A stretch of DNA of 63,867 nucleotides, filler included, from Basidiobolus ranarum (lineage: Eukaryota): the NCBI GenBank assembly GCA_040143965.1. It is 4 parts of 4 records of this genome, joined end to end, with 100 filler letters (N's around TTAATTAATTAA, not from the genome) between each part and the next. Parts side by side here need not be neighbours in the genome. Positions count along the whole stretch, not along the records: positions 32,054 to 47,931 come from JASJQH010000363.1; positions 48,032 to 63,867 come from JASJQH010000364.1; 2 more parts are not named here. The stretch is one strand, 5' to 3'. The notes beneath the pieces are model-generated. The model did not search any database. It was not told the origin of the DNA and saw only the letters and a list, made by a program, of their open reading frames with translations. The position numbers and the translations under genes are program-made. Shown one piece after another: positions 39,230-52,444 of this stretch. Within the stretch, counting starts at the first letter, position 1. Each line of letters starts with the position of its first letter.

Positions 39230-39780
39230 CATCTACATGCGAGAAACGGATAGTTAACCCGCATGAAGACCGTCGATTGTCTATCTGCATCGTGGATTGA
39301 CTGTCGTGGACTATTGACACGCATGAGATGACCGAATAATGTTGTTTTTTGTCTTGTTTCCATTTAGCATCGCAAATTTTCCAATTTTCCGGGTCTCCAG
39401 ATGTCAACGATGGATGGCAAGATAGTTGTTAGAACGTATTATCAAGAATGCATCCGCCTCTTCTGTCCTATCTATCCATTACTTCCTCACTGAGATGAAA
39501 GGATGGCCAAACCTAATTGGTGACAGCGGCGATGCAATACCGAGATTTCCACCCGCGGATATTGATGAAATCACTTGGCAACTCTCATCGTTTACAACTG
39601 CGGATCCCATTGATGACCGTTCACTTGGTGTAGTCGATCATTTATCCGCTTCATTTACCGCCGCTGTGTTTCCATCATCTCACACTCACACGGGCAAGCG
39701 CATTCCCTGTACACGATCGATTTTATTGGTGTTGCTATTGTCCCAAATGGCCTGCATCACACTGAGAATTTGCAGTATTT
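39230..39780 (+). pseudogene. Possible decayed HSL-family alpha/beta hydrolase (esterase/lipase)
   Basis: Remnants appear in the expected order: PSIVYLHRG..TIDTHE (cf. P.IVY.HGGG..G..DTHD), LVSI..FP, LIGDS (cf. GDSAG), TADPIDD (cf. DPL.D) and GLHH, with frameshifts and stops. Confidence 0.4.
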
Positions 39781-40273
39781 CCGTAAGTGATGCAGTTTTT
39801 CTGGAGTAAAACCCGATTATCACATATGCAACCATAACCACGTTAAAGAAAACATGTCTGAAACCAGTCTGCCCCTGGTTCTTCAGTTACACGTTTTGTA
39901 CCCAGTGAATATTGGTAGAGTTTCTCTTTCTTCTGGCCAGAACAAAGAGCGTATGCATGTAACACCGGCTCTGAAAGAAACATGTGCTTATTCTATGGTA
40001 CACACTTCAATGCTGGCTGATGTCCAGAACACGACCATCAATGTTGTGAAAGATAGCGAATTTTATTGACCATCTCTATTCTAGGGTGGATATGATTATT
40101 GGGGAGTTTACTAAAAGGCATACTATGTACAGTTTGCTGGATAGAGTACAACGCCTTGAATAAGCAGTAAGTGCAATGTATTGAGAGGAATGTCTAGAGT
40201 GCAATAGTCTATATATATATGAGAATCCATCATGATGCGAATGATGGGTCCATTCCGATCTGTCCTGATAAGC

Positions 40274-40519
40274 TTAAGTGGTTAAGAATTGTTGGTAACT
40301 TTTGTCCAGCATCTCAGCCAATCGAATGAAATCAGCCTTGTCCTCCTGTGAGAACAATTTCAAGGTGTTTACGGAGATGAAGCTTTCCAGCTCGTGGGTT
40401 TCTTCCACCGATTCATCAGATGGTTGGGATGTGCTAGTGTTGGGTGTGGTAGAGGTGTTGGAGGGAGGCTCGCTTTTGGTCTGACGACGGAAGCGGATGA
40501 TCTTGGGGATTTCAGACAT
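40274..40519 (-). CDS. Small orphan protein (81 aa)
   Basis: ATG-initiated ORF with a protein-like layout (basic N-terminus, S/T linker, amphipathic C-terminal helix). TATATAAAG lies ~85 nt upstream (40601-40609). Confidence 0.55.
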   Translation of the reverse strand: MSEIPKIIRFRRQTKSEPPSNTSTTPNTSTSQPSDESVEETHELESFISVNTLKLFSQEDKADFIRLAEMLDKSYQQFLTT

Positions 40520-41725
40520 TGAATATCAATCAAAGGGTACGAAGGAGAGTAGTGTGGGAAGAGGGAAGTTTATTGTTCGGGGAATGAACATCCGCCAATA
40601 CTTTATATACCTCAGTTGGCATTCCTTGCGTCTCTTCGTATTTGACGCCAGTTTTTTGCCTAAAACTAAATGGGATCAGTCGATGGAATAGTGAGATTTG
40701 TGGAAACTTCCATGTTTGTGTTATTGGTCAAGATGTGATCGAGAACTGTTATACGAAAAACCGGTTGGTTGGTAAATGATGTTTATTGGAGGCTATTTCA
40801 ATACAGTTATTTCATTTGACTCATTTATGAGCAACCCAATTCCCCATGAACAGCCATAGAGCTAAATTAGATTTTACCTAGTATCTAGTAAGCTCGGTTA
40901 AAATCGTAATAGATCTTCCAGAACACTGGTTTACCGTGTCGACCAAAATAGATGAATTTTATGATTCCGAAACTGTCCTTTCCACTCCTCTCCTCTCACC
41001 TCACCTGTCCTTGATTAGACCTACGGGAAATGTACGTTAAATCCCTTTGGTCTTACTGTTTATGGAGAGTAAATAGCCGATCGAATGAGAGACCATTTCT
41101 ACTCTGCGCCTTCTTGATCATTAGAGCAATCCCCTATCTCATTATAGTAGATGAAGATAAACTAATCCTATATTAGCACTAGAATCAATCTGCGCCTTCC
41201 ATTCATGATGATTCAGCATCGACTCATTGGAGTAAATAGCGTACCAAAAGCGTTTACGGTTAGGCCAAAGGGAGAAATCGAAGTAAAATGCCGCCGAAGG
41301 ATTGATTAGATGGATGGAATCACTCCCCCCTCTCTTCCTAAACTATTAAAGATGAATTTCAAAAATGTCTATTTATTCAATGGGCCGGATTTTACGCTGT
41401 CAAAGTGTGCGCACCGTGTATATAGAAAGAATACAATATTGGCTACGAAATTAAACCAATTTGGGTGAGACTTGGTTGTGTACAGATTGGGTGGCAGGGC
41501 TAATGTTGTGTGGTGAATGGATCAAGGGTACAATGGGAGGTAGTGTAGGCAGTAGTAGGTGAGGTAGCATTTGGATGAAGAAAATTAACATAAAGTTACA
41601 TTGTTGGTTGGTGTTAATAGCAATGACTTAGCATGCGCTTGGAAATGATGGAGTGAATGCAAGAGAACTTCATGAAACAGGTTGAACGTTTGTTTTTCTA
41701 TCAAAAGTCCAGTACATATTTTAAC

Positions 41726-44700
41726 TTATACAAGACCGAAGCCACGTGCATTTTCAATAGCAGTCAGCAGACATTTCTTCAATTTTGGTCTCGTAGAGTA
41801 TTCAGGTAACAGCAATCTTCCAAAACAAGTAAGAGCAGTGGGTAGACGCTCTGAATCCGGCCCGTTTCGCTGTATGACAAATGTAACAGTACCAAGTCCT
41901 TTCACTGGAATACGATCGCTAGCGGTAACGAATATCAATAATTTCTTTTGTTGATCATTTGTCAGCTCATGAACAATACTCCAGAAATTACGTATTACAT
42001 AATGCTCAGGACTGTAGCCATCATCATACTGCGCGCCACCCTCCAATTCACTAAGATTGAATTCAGAGTTACCACACAAAAGAAGCTCCAACTCCTCAGG
42101 CCTTAGCATTGACATAGCAGTTCCACCACATACTCTTAGAAACCCATCTCTTAGCGCGGCAAATTGCTTCGACACATATTTGTTTGCAACATGATCAATG
42201 TACAATTGGACATACTCTTCACGGTTGCCGTTAGTGACGGGTATATTGGCCCCATCCGAAATTAACGGATAGCTGGTCATCAGTCCATTTTCATCGTATG
42301 CAATTTCAAATTCACGCATGAACACATCATAAACGTCCCCATCGTTCCATTGTAACATCTGCTCCAAGCCTCTGCCAAGTTCAGGGAATCCTTCTTTTAT
42401 ATCGTCCAAGGAGATGGATTTTCCGAGGATTTTTTTGTACATCAGCTTGGGAAAGTTAGCTCCAATAATAACTCCATTATACAATGCCAATCCAAGTATC
42501 ACACCAACCAACTCGAAGTATTTTTCACTTTCTTGAGAGGCCCCATTGATCCACGAGTATCTAGTATTTTCATCGTAGACGAACATCCCGAAAACTGGAT
42601 CAAGTAACTTAGCCACTAACATTTGAAAGAACTCCTTTTGCACACCTCCTTGGTCAATCCCCTCTTCACCCCCATTAACGAACCTAATCTTGAGTGGTTT
42701 CTTCAGGTTTTTGGCTTTCGCTTCTACTTGAGTCAATGTATCCTGAATGAAAAATTCTCGTCGAATTTCCAAGATAAAATATGGGCAAGTTAATCGACGT
42801 AAACTCTCTTCTATCCTGGTAGCCTTCTGAGAGTCTTGCATAAAACGTTGAGCATGTAAAACGAGGGCATGATGTACACAAGCATCCTCGTATTTCTTTG
42901 ACATCTGGCAAACTGCATCCACATGAAAGATCAAACTTTTCGCGCTAGGATCGAATAAGAATGGATAATTGAAGTAAGAGAATTTGGTGATTTTACGTAT
43001 TGATGATCCCAAAGTCACTTTACCATCTCGTTCAATGGATTTTTTCCAATTCCTATACTCATCCTTAATGTTCATCGTGTTCGAAACTGATGTATTGTAA
43101 AAAACTCCTGGTGCAACGATATGTTCAGGGCGGGAAGTTTCGTTAGCGTCGTACAACAACCCCAGTACTTTGGTTGCGCAGGCGACCGGATCATCTGGTC
43201 TCGGACTCGGTTGAAAATGATTGCTGAGGTAATCATGAAACATGTTTATAATGCTCAAGAAACCAGGCGCATCATAAGTAGAAAACCACTGTAAAAGAAC
43301 ACTCCTAGCAGATCCTGACACCTGACTCAATACTTCAGCAAGTTTACGCAGCAGCGATTCGGAGTAGAAGGAATCCCTCATCAATGGATTTTCCAACAAA
43401 ATCAATAAGACTCTCAACCCCTCAGCCTTGGATAAACGCTTTGAATTAATTTCCAATTCTGCAAGTACAATCTCAGTAGCCCCAGCCAAAGTATCTATAA
43501 ACATTTGTCTAGGCTTTTGTTGAAGGATCAACTTATAAGAATTTCGAATAGAGTCAATATCTAATCCAGACATATGTTCTTTTTCGGTTGATTCGGCCAA
43601 AAAACAAGTATTAAGAGTATCGGTAGAAGAAAAAACGGTACGAATGGTGTTGATCAGAAACTTAGAATCGGTAGGTCCTGCAACTACTGTACGTCGTGAA
43701 AGTGATCGATAATGTCGATATGTTATTAGAGGCTTTGGCGATCTTGGAATTCCTTCACCTATTTCCCTCTCTTTTCCTTTCAGCTCTAACCAATCATCTT
43801 CATTTTCTTTGCAAGCTGGAGTAGACTCGCTTTGCTCAGATGTGTAGGTTGCAACTGTACGTTGCAACAATGGTAGAGTTAAATAGCTAAGGCTGAGCTG
43901 TGGCTCCACATCATCACCTTCATTGCTTAACAAAGACCTCCAATCAGAGTTGGAGTCGTCGTCTTCTGAGCCCTGTGCACTTGTACCACTGTCTGCGGAG
44001 GAATGACGGAAAGGAATAAAATCCACTATACAATTGAAATCATGTGTTAATTCATCAAAATAATAATAGATAGAATAACGACAAAAAACCATACGAGAGT
44101 GACCGAGGAGTTTTGGGAAGCCTAGATAGCTGCGCTCTCTACGAGTACCGTTAGATACATTCGTTTCATTAGGAGAATCCGGCTCTAAATCATCTTGCTT
44201 GATGTAACTAGATGTATTTCGCAGGAGCAATGCGGGTGATGACGCCTCGTTATTGAAAGCCTTACTATCGCTAGCGGGCGAAGTGTTTTGTCTACGCAAA
44301 CGTCGAGATAAAGCGGCAGAATCTAACTGACTCTGAGTATTAGAGTTGAAATTTTGGACCGTTGTCGTGATCGGAGCAGGAGAGTTCGAAGCAGGTCGAG
44401 GTAGTTGACTCGTATTCTTTCTATCTGAGGAAGATGAAAACATAGACAGGAAGGGAGTGGACGAAAACAAAGAAAACAAAAAAGGTTTGGCCTCCGTCTT
44501 CAGTGTATTAGATTTCATGGGCTTGTCGGTAGGTGTAGAAACGCTAGAAGTAGAATCGGAGCTTGTGAAGAGAGTATTTGGAAGGGAAATGTCAGGCTCC
44601 GCCGGACAAGAAGAGCAAAAGTAATGACGTGAACGAGAAGCAAGTTGAACAGCAAATATAGCAGCAGACTCTGAGGGCATATGTGGAGAAGCTATGCAAA

Positions 44701-45297
44701 AACATTAGAGATCGTTAAAAAAGGAGTAATATAAAACTGCATACCTTGACACGAAGAGCAAAAACGATTTAAACACTCGGAGTTTCCACAACCGACAGTC
44801 AACTGGTAATAGTATCTAAGAAGATTATAAGTAAGGTTAGATAAAAAAATCGCTTTGATATTATACCAATTAACTAACCTTTTGACCAATTTTTGGTATT
44901 GTATTCTGTGTGAATCTTTTGAATGATCACGCTCCCATTGTTTGGGAACTGACTTCTTTAACTTCTGGTTAAGTTGTGGATCGGATAAAGCTTGCTTGAA
45001 GGAAGAAGATTTCGTTTTTTCTGCCAAAGATTTGAGAGATTGTGTTCTTTTTAGCGTGTTGTTACCTAAAGATATAGGACTACTTCTCGATAGAGTCGTA
45101 TTGGAAGAAAGTATGGGACTTGTCAAAGAGTTCCTAGACCTGCTCTTACAAGATAACGTTGTAGAAGTTTTTCTTAAAAATTCGGCAGAATTATATTCTG
45201 AAGTTGGGGAGGACACGGTATCTGTAGAAGTAGGGGGATGGTCCAAAATACAATTTGAATGATCTGGTTCAGATCTTTTGAAATTCTCGATAACCAT
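41726..45297 (-). CDS. HECT E3 ubiquitin ligase with N-terminal AZUL Zn-binding domain (UBE3A/E6AP-, Hul4-like)
   Basis: YYYQLTVGCGNSECLNRFC (AZUL), GEEGIDQGGVQKEFF, LRPEELELLLCG and RLPTALTCF..LLLPEY..AIENARGFGLV with the catalytic Cys. Introns at ~44817-44878, 44692-44745 and 44026-44094. Confidence 0.94.
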
Positions 45298-46631
45298 CAC
45301 TTGAAAAAATGTGCAAGTATGTAAATGGCTAAAAAAGAATAAGGAAGTTGAGTGTATTCACAAATAGAAGTAACCTTAACCACTATAAGACAGATAAGAG
45401 TAGGTTCCAGAAGGGTTGTAAAAAGGGTCAAGTAAAGCGAGCAAAAGAACAAGCAATGAAGTGGAGTAAGAAGCAATACGGTTGGGAAAGTCCAAGAATT
45501 ACTAGTAAAACGATGCGATCCTATCATAAATCAGCGCTCGCACGAACGGTACTGGATAAAAATACTTTTTATTATTAATCAGTTACGAATATACATGCAA
45601 GTGCTTAATTAAGAAATACATTGTCCATTCCAAAATGGTCAGTCACAATCCAACATAAGATCTCAGGATTAATTCTAGATTTGTTTAGCCTGGAATATAA
45701 ACAATATAGCATGCAACAAATATAACCTCAAACCAAGAGTATTGGAATGCGGGAGAATCACAATTCTCATTAAGCCCCGATGTTATGTTGACCACTCTCT
45801 CCATTGCGTCAGTAGCTCTCCCTGAATTAGCCAGACAGACATGAATTAGGAGCCATGATCGAATGAAATTTAATTGCGGATATTTGATTGCGGCAATTCA
45901 ATCTATCCATCTATATTTCCGAATAAGGGATTCTTGGCAAGGAATAGCAGATGAATATTGGCAACTCCAGCTAGTGGATACACGAGCTAACAATGACCAT
46001 CACCCGAGCTCGAGAGAGCAAATACACCACCCAAGCACGCGTGAATGAGAAATAAATCACCCGACCATGTTGACTGGTTTCAGGACATTATTTGGTTTTA
46101 TATTGCCACAGTTTGATATTGCTCTGCCAATCGCCAGACTGAGCTGCATAATCAAGAATTGGTCTACCGAGATCTAATTGGCTGACAGGTCGACTCGGTG
46201 CAATGTATGCTGTCCAATGCATTATGCACCAGACACAATGGACAACAACAACTAGCTTAAACCTGAATCAAATACACTAGCTTCAGTAAATATTGGGTCA
46301 TTAAAGCTCATCAAGTACACTTGGATGAAGCCAGTAGCCTCTGGGTAGATTTGCATGTATTTTCGGACAACCTCTATCATAAAGACCATTTCTTTCACGT
46401 GCATCCACCTGCCATCAGATAACCAGAGCCAACAGCACTACCTGTTGATCCTTGTAACGGGCACTAGAGATCCCATTGAATTAACAGCTAAATCGATTTA
46501 TTGATATTTTTGATTTTTTTTAAACAACACACTGATTTACGGAAAAAAAAGTACAGGTTGGCTTTTGGTATGGAGACTGGTCAAACTAATATGCACAGCG
46601 ATCGACCTGAATGATCCATTCTACTCCAGAC

Positions 46632-47931
46632 CTAATCGGAAGAGTCTGAATCAGATCCACTGGAGGACGAGCTTGAAGAGCTACTATCGCTGTCAGAGTC
46701 GGAAGAGGAGTCGCTATCAGAATCCGAGGAGGATGAATCACTGTCCATTTCACGTTGAGCAAGCATTAGTTTAGGAAGGTTCTTCAAATACTCGCGAAGA
46801 TCATCAGTCAACCCTCCAAGCCCGATACTAGTGAAATAATTAATGGCGAAGCGGGTATTCTTTGGATTATCCCTGGGGAAAAGTCCAGCAAGTTGCTCTG
46901 CCATAGCTGGGTTTCTCAACCGCTCATTGAACTTCTTAAGACCAAGGGTTTCGCAGAGATCTTGGAACATAATCTTGATGAAAATACGAGAACTGGACGT
47001 TGTGTCCTCTTCATTCAGCTTGATAATGGAAAGTACGTTCCATGTGATGGCATCCGAAGAAAGCAAATGTCCGAAATATTTGGCGACGTTGCGGAGTCGA
47101 TTCGTTTCATACTGGTGAATGCTCTCAAATGTTTGCACGAAGCATTGTTGGAATGCTTCGGCCCATACTCGGTTCATCTTGCAGAATCTTTCGCCAATAA
47201 GGCCATAGAATTTGAGATAAGTTCGCTCTTGGGAACAACATTCCACAATCATATTGGCCAATTCGATTTGCTGGCCTTCCTGGATGTTCAACTTCATTAA
47301 TTTATGAACGCATTCCTGGAATTCCACACTGGACATGATGGTCAGATAAATAGTACGACGAAGATTGATGATGTTGGTGTTGGTTTGATCATGAATGTTC
47401 ATCTTGTCGGCGAATTCCTTGGTGTTTTCGGCCTCTGATTCGCTGTCATCACTGTCGCTAGCATCACTGCCAGACTCGTCCTCATCATCATCATCACCCA
47501 AAATCTCTTTCTTAATCTGAAGGTATTTATCTTCGTTTTCTAAATAGTCTGGGTCGAGTTTGAAGACACCTAAGCCATCTTCGGGATCCAAGTCTTCATC
47601 ATCCAGTGAGAGATAATGAGTGATTTGATCTTCTTCCTCCACGATGTCGAGCTCCGGCATAATGGACGGATTATCCTTAAATTTGTCTTTTCTAACCTGG
47701 AAGAGAACTTCAATCATGTATTGCACACGTTTGTCAATTTGTCCTTCTTGCAGAATACCTCTAAACCGCTCGAATGCAGCATTGGTAGCCTTGGGTGAAA
47801 CCTCGGTAAGATGTGCTCCACACTCACGTATAAATCCGACAGAAATCTCCACCGATTCATCTGTTGGTCGCTCAAGCAATAAAGCTAGAATTTGTAGAGC
47901 TACAATTTCTTGTGCGACCAATTGGTTGGAT
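46632..47931 (-). CDS. cwc22: Pre-mRNA splicing factor Cwc22 (MIF4G end plus MA3), 5'-truncated by the contig end
   Basis: [64 protein letters not shown] and [21 protein letters not shown] motifs, then an S/D-rich tail. Confidence 0.97.
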
Positions 47932-48031
47932 NNNNNNNNNNNNNNNNNNNNNNNNNNNNNNNNNNNNNNNNNNNNTTAATTAATTAANNNNNNNNNNNNN
48001 NNNNNNNNNNNNNNNNNNNNNNNNNNNNNNN
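47932..48031. other. Artificial contig spacer N44-TTAATTAATTAA-N44
   Basis: Same 100-nt spacer as at 15942. It truncates cwc22. Confidence 0.98.
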
Positions 48032-48115
48032 TGAAAGAACTCTCTCGTGTAAGATTGAGTTCCAGAATGATCTACACTTCCGAGGTGAGAAATCAACGAA
48101 ATTGAGTCATTAACT

Positions 48116-49553
48116 TTATGTATACGTACCGCTCTTTCCAGGAGCAAAATGGTCAGTTTCATCTTCCATGTAAAACTGAATATCTTCATCAAGTGAAGAG
48201 GAGAAATATCCATTAGTTTTTGGGGTGGAAGCTTCATATTGATGTGCGATAAATGGAGAATTCCCCTTTGGAATGGTTAAAGGAGAAGCTAGGCCCCGGA
48301 TATTGCTCATTTTGTCTTCTTCAAATGAAGAAACATTGTTTGTGTAGTCAGATTCTAAATCGGTTTTCCATATATTGGAAACAAAATCCAGATTGCTAGA
48401 TTGAGGCCGGCGCGATACTGGAGGGGTAATTACTGGGGAGGTATAGGAATTCCCAAAATAGTTTTCTTCGTTGTAAGAGCGGTTTAATCTTCCGAAGCTA
48501 TTCGGTTTGTTGGCGCTTACCGGACTGCCTAGGAAGCTACTACGGCGCGTTTCAATTTCATTTGGTGTTAGTAGCTCATCAAGTGATGAAGGAAGAATGC
48601 CCTGGCCGTAACTGAGGTTCTCTTGTATTTGAAGATTTTCCAATGCATCTAGTTTTAGACCCGCTTCTGATATCGGATCAAGCGATCTGTGGGGAGACTC
48701 TAAATGAGGGAGACCCCCTACCGAGAGTGGCATGAATGGAGAGCCATGGCTTCTACCTTGATAATTGCTATCAAACCGCTCCAGGCTAGGCGACAATCCT
48801 AACATATTCATAAACGATGGATCATGATTTGGCAAAGAAATGGACATGGGCTGTCTAGAGCTGCTCTGTTGGCCGAATAGCGAACCCTCAGGAGATAGAA
48901 ATGGACTTTCGGACCCGTATCCATAGCTGCTCTCAAATGATGACCCCAGCATACCAACGTAGTGTGAGGATTGATTATCTTGCATAGTTCGAGATATAGG
49001 CTCTCTAAGAAAAAGGGAATGAGGTGGAGATTTTTGACGGTATAGGGCTCTCTCAGGGGATAGTATCGAAAAGTCTTCACGCTGAATCCCCCTTCCACTA
49101 TTCATAGATGCTCCCATTTTCCCATTAGTTTTCAACGAGTCGTTTAAACCATTAAGGCCCTTCGAATGTAGTAAAGCACACTTGTTTCCAAATTTGCAGT
49201 TACCCTTAAGGTAGTATTTGCAGACAGAACTTTCGGGATTTGCATCCATACTATGGGAAAAAATACAGTTTTTCCCAGCATTACAGGCACCATTTTTATA
49301 AAATTTGCACGGTACATGTTGCAAAGCTCCAGCTAACAAAGTCCTTGAGGTTAGGTCTATATTTTTATTAATAACGAATGCGGTTTTGAAGTATTAAACT
49401 ACCTTTTTGAGGTGAAATAGATTTTGAAGAGTCTTGGTTTCCATTTTGCTGTAAATTTTGGGGGGTTTTACCTCTTCTATTGTTGTTGGGAGATGTAGAA
49501 CTGTTTCCCCATGAAGTTGAAGGTCGTGGTGACCGTGTAGAATCGTTAACCAT
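48116..49553 (-). CDS. Tandem CCCH zinc-finger protein (Lee1/Cps3-like)
   Basis: HVPCKFYKNGACNAGKNCIFSH and VCKYYLKGNCKFGNKCALLH, plus the LPSSLDELLTP.E..RR motif. The first exon (49553) is joined by an intron at ~49358-49402. Confidence 0.85.
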
Positions 49554-51247
49554 TCGACAGAAGTTCTCTCAAAGTGTTTGTAGCCTCAATAAGAGAATAT
49601 GATGGACACAGACTTTTCGAAGCAATTACTTAAGACGAGTACCCTTGAATAGCCTGATACTCAGGAAGGGATACGGCCTATTACTCAACGACTTGCTTAT
49701 CTTTGTGTTAATACTAAAAATGAACTGAGTATAGATATTAGAATAGAATTAGGAAGAAAGAGACTTGGCTTTGTTAGACAAGAGATATAGGTAGAAGCGG
49801 AAAGGGCATATGGTGACAGTGAGTTAAGGAGCAAAAGGAATTATCTTGTGTCCATTTAGAGATTAACAAAATCAGTCACAAATCGCCAGTAACTTATTGG
49901 AATACACAGTACCATCTGTGCTTCAAGGGTTAGCCAATCATTGGATAGTATCGTTGAGAGGTATGAATGGAACAATTGGCTGATTAGTTTAGTAATTAAG
50001 GGATTGCATATCGACTCTTAATAAGATACCAGTAGTGTGGGCAACAGTAATTAATAGTGACAACATCAAGACTGGAGATGGCTTTAATTGGTTGTTCTGA
50101 GCAAATAGATATCTCACTTCAGTACATTCGTATCTATATAAATTAGTGTAACTTGTGGTTGATGAGGGTTTAATGCTGATTACTTCGACACAAGCATCAA
50201 TGGCATCGAGCATTGAACTGGCTATACAGCAGATTTAATAAGGAAAACTTGTTCGTAATTGTTCAATCAGAAACTAAGCTTCAGCTATGTTCAATTCTGC
50301 CCAACAACAATCCCTTCTAAGTAGAGGTATTTAGATGATCTAATGAGATCGAGTGGTTCAAGCGATATTTAGGAAGCTGTTGTCCATAGGCCCAAGCACA
50401 AATGGGTAGAGCGGTCACATGGCCGGGGAATAGGATGTAACATCAGGAGTTTTGTAATTGAACCACCCTTTGTTAGCTTCATTCCTACAAAGTAAGCCTG
50501 TTATAGAAATCATACATCTAGTATCTATCGAAGTATGCAAGGTATCCCTAAGACTCTCACACATCACTTGAGCACATGTGCTCTAATATTGAAAAGTTAT
50601 TTCCTGACTCAAGTTTTTGTATATATGTTACAGTTGGACACAGTGATGTAGAAACATCAACACAGCGCTTGTCTCAACGGCTAAAAGTTATATGCGCTAC
50701 CACTGAATTGGGAAAGATGCGGGGCAAAATACTTTCTTTCGCTAAGATACTCCTAGCTTACCATAGGTGTAAGGTATTGCTGCATTAACCAAGTATATGG
50801 GTACTATGCTATTGTTTCCGAAATCAGGTCACAAGTTGGACAGAGACTCTAGAAAGCTAATTATAGCTTAGAAGAACGGTAGCATTGAAATAGCTGGAAA
50901 TACACAACCCTGGCATAGTCCGTCACATTTTCCATGTCTGTGTCTAGAAGCCTTACAAAATACTAAAATTCAAATTTATAGATTCTGTGATTTAAATTGG
51001 AGAAGTTGGGAAACGACCCTACTAAGCCCTACAACTTCAGTTCTTTCCTACTACTATGAATTGAAATGTATGTAAAGCAGCTACTTGGAGTCGACAGGTT
51101 TATTCCAAACTCTTTTAGAAAGCAAATATACGGTCATGTTAAAAGGAAGTCTATTTTTTAGTTACCTCGATTGGTGCTCAAGTCTCAAAATGCTTATTTG
51201 CGATAAGTGACAAAATAGAGGCCCGTTGGTAAATAAATACATCAGTT

Positions 51248-52148
51248 CTAGTCAGAACGCTTATCTTCTCGGATTTGAGATATCAAGGATTGGGCTATAG
51301 GTACTAGCACAAAAGCACCAAGTACACAACAAATTATTATCACTAGAACCAGCTTGTAGGCTTGATACGGAATGCCCAGGTAGAGCGTTTCTAACACTGG
51401 CGAAAACGTTAATGACTGTATTTTCATGTATAGTAATAGAATTAGTATACCAATGTTAAAACGAACTGGGATTGACTCGCGCCCTGGTATATGTGACACA
51501 CCCATATATTTCGCACGCACTCGTAGGAATTTTGTTGTGGTTTCAACTTTTATCTCATCCTAAAACAGTGGTTGTTTAGATACGGAAAGTCGAATAGAAA
51601 AATGTAGACTACCTTTTCGGTTTCCAGAAGAGAATCTCTCTTACCAGAACGAAGTATTTGAGCTAATTCCTCATAATCAAATATAGCCAGATTAAAATCA
51701 GTAGGTGCCTAAAATAAGATGAAGGTTGGACATTACATTTCTGTATAAATAGATAGATGACATTCCTACCGTAGCTGCATAAGAAATTCTTGCTTCGTAA
51801 ACATCGTTAGCTTTTAGATTATCTAATATATACCACTGTTGCCATTTAGTGTTTTGAATATTGTTCGAAGCCATCTGAGTGCTAAATTCTAGTGACTGGT
51901 TGCTAAACATTTTGTAAGGTGGAGCCATCTTGTTCCTGTTATTATGTATTAGAGCATATTCAAGGCTGTAGCCAGATATGAATCTATTCAGGATACCATT
52001 TGTCTTCGTTTATCCAGGAGTCTACTGCATCTTTTTTTGAACGTGAAATGATATCGATTTTACCGGAAAATATCTTCTTTTCGGTGTTACTTTCGACGAA
52101 TGTAAGCAAAGTGGTGCATAGTAGCAATACTAACCATCCGTATATCAT
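51248..52148 (-). CDS. Pga1-like GPI-mannosyltransferase II co-activator (type I membrane protein)
   Basis: Signal peptide followed by NTEK, then WYILDNL...YEARISYAAT|APTDF, FLRVRA..GV and VRFNI|VLETLYLGIP, then a C-terminal TM helix. Five exons. Confidence 0.65.
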
Positions 52149-52444
52149 AGCTGGAAATAGATAAAAGTAACAAAAGTATCGGTTGCGAGCATTACGAAAA
52201 ACTACAATAAATTGAATAACTTCGACTAGGAGGATAATGGGACCAACCCTAAAATCAAGATTTGTGTGTATAGAATACGAAGAATTTAAATGTTGCCAAC
52301 AATAACCACACACAACGTAAATGAATTTTAAGTAATTTCAATATCAAAGCTGAGTTAAAAGAAATCGAATTTACCAATATGTTTAAAACAATTAGTATGG
52401 TATCTCATTCTTGAGTAGAAACGTGTGTTATCAGAAACTATACT

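Noticed and set aside
46565..47979. Multiple antisense ORFs over cwc22 (and similarly over azgA, the DUF3712 gene and the HECT gene)
   Set aside because: Shadow ORFs of conserved genes on the opposite strand or in other frames, with no motifs of their own.
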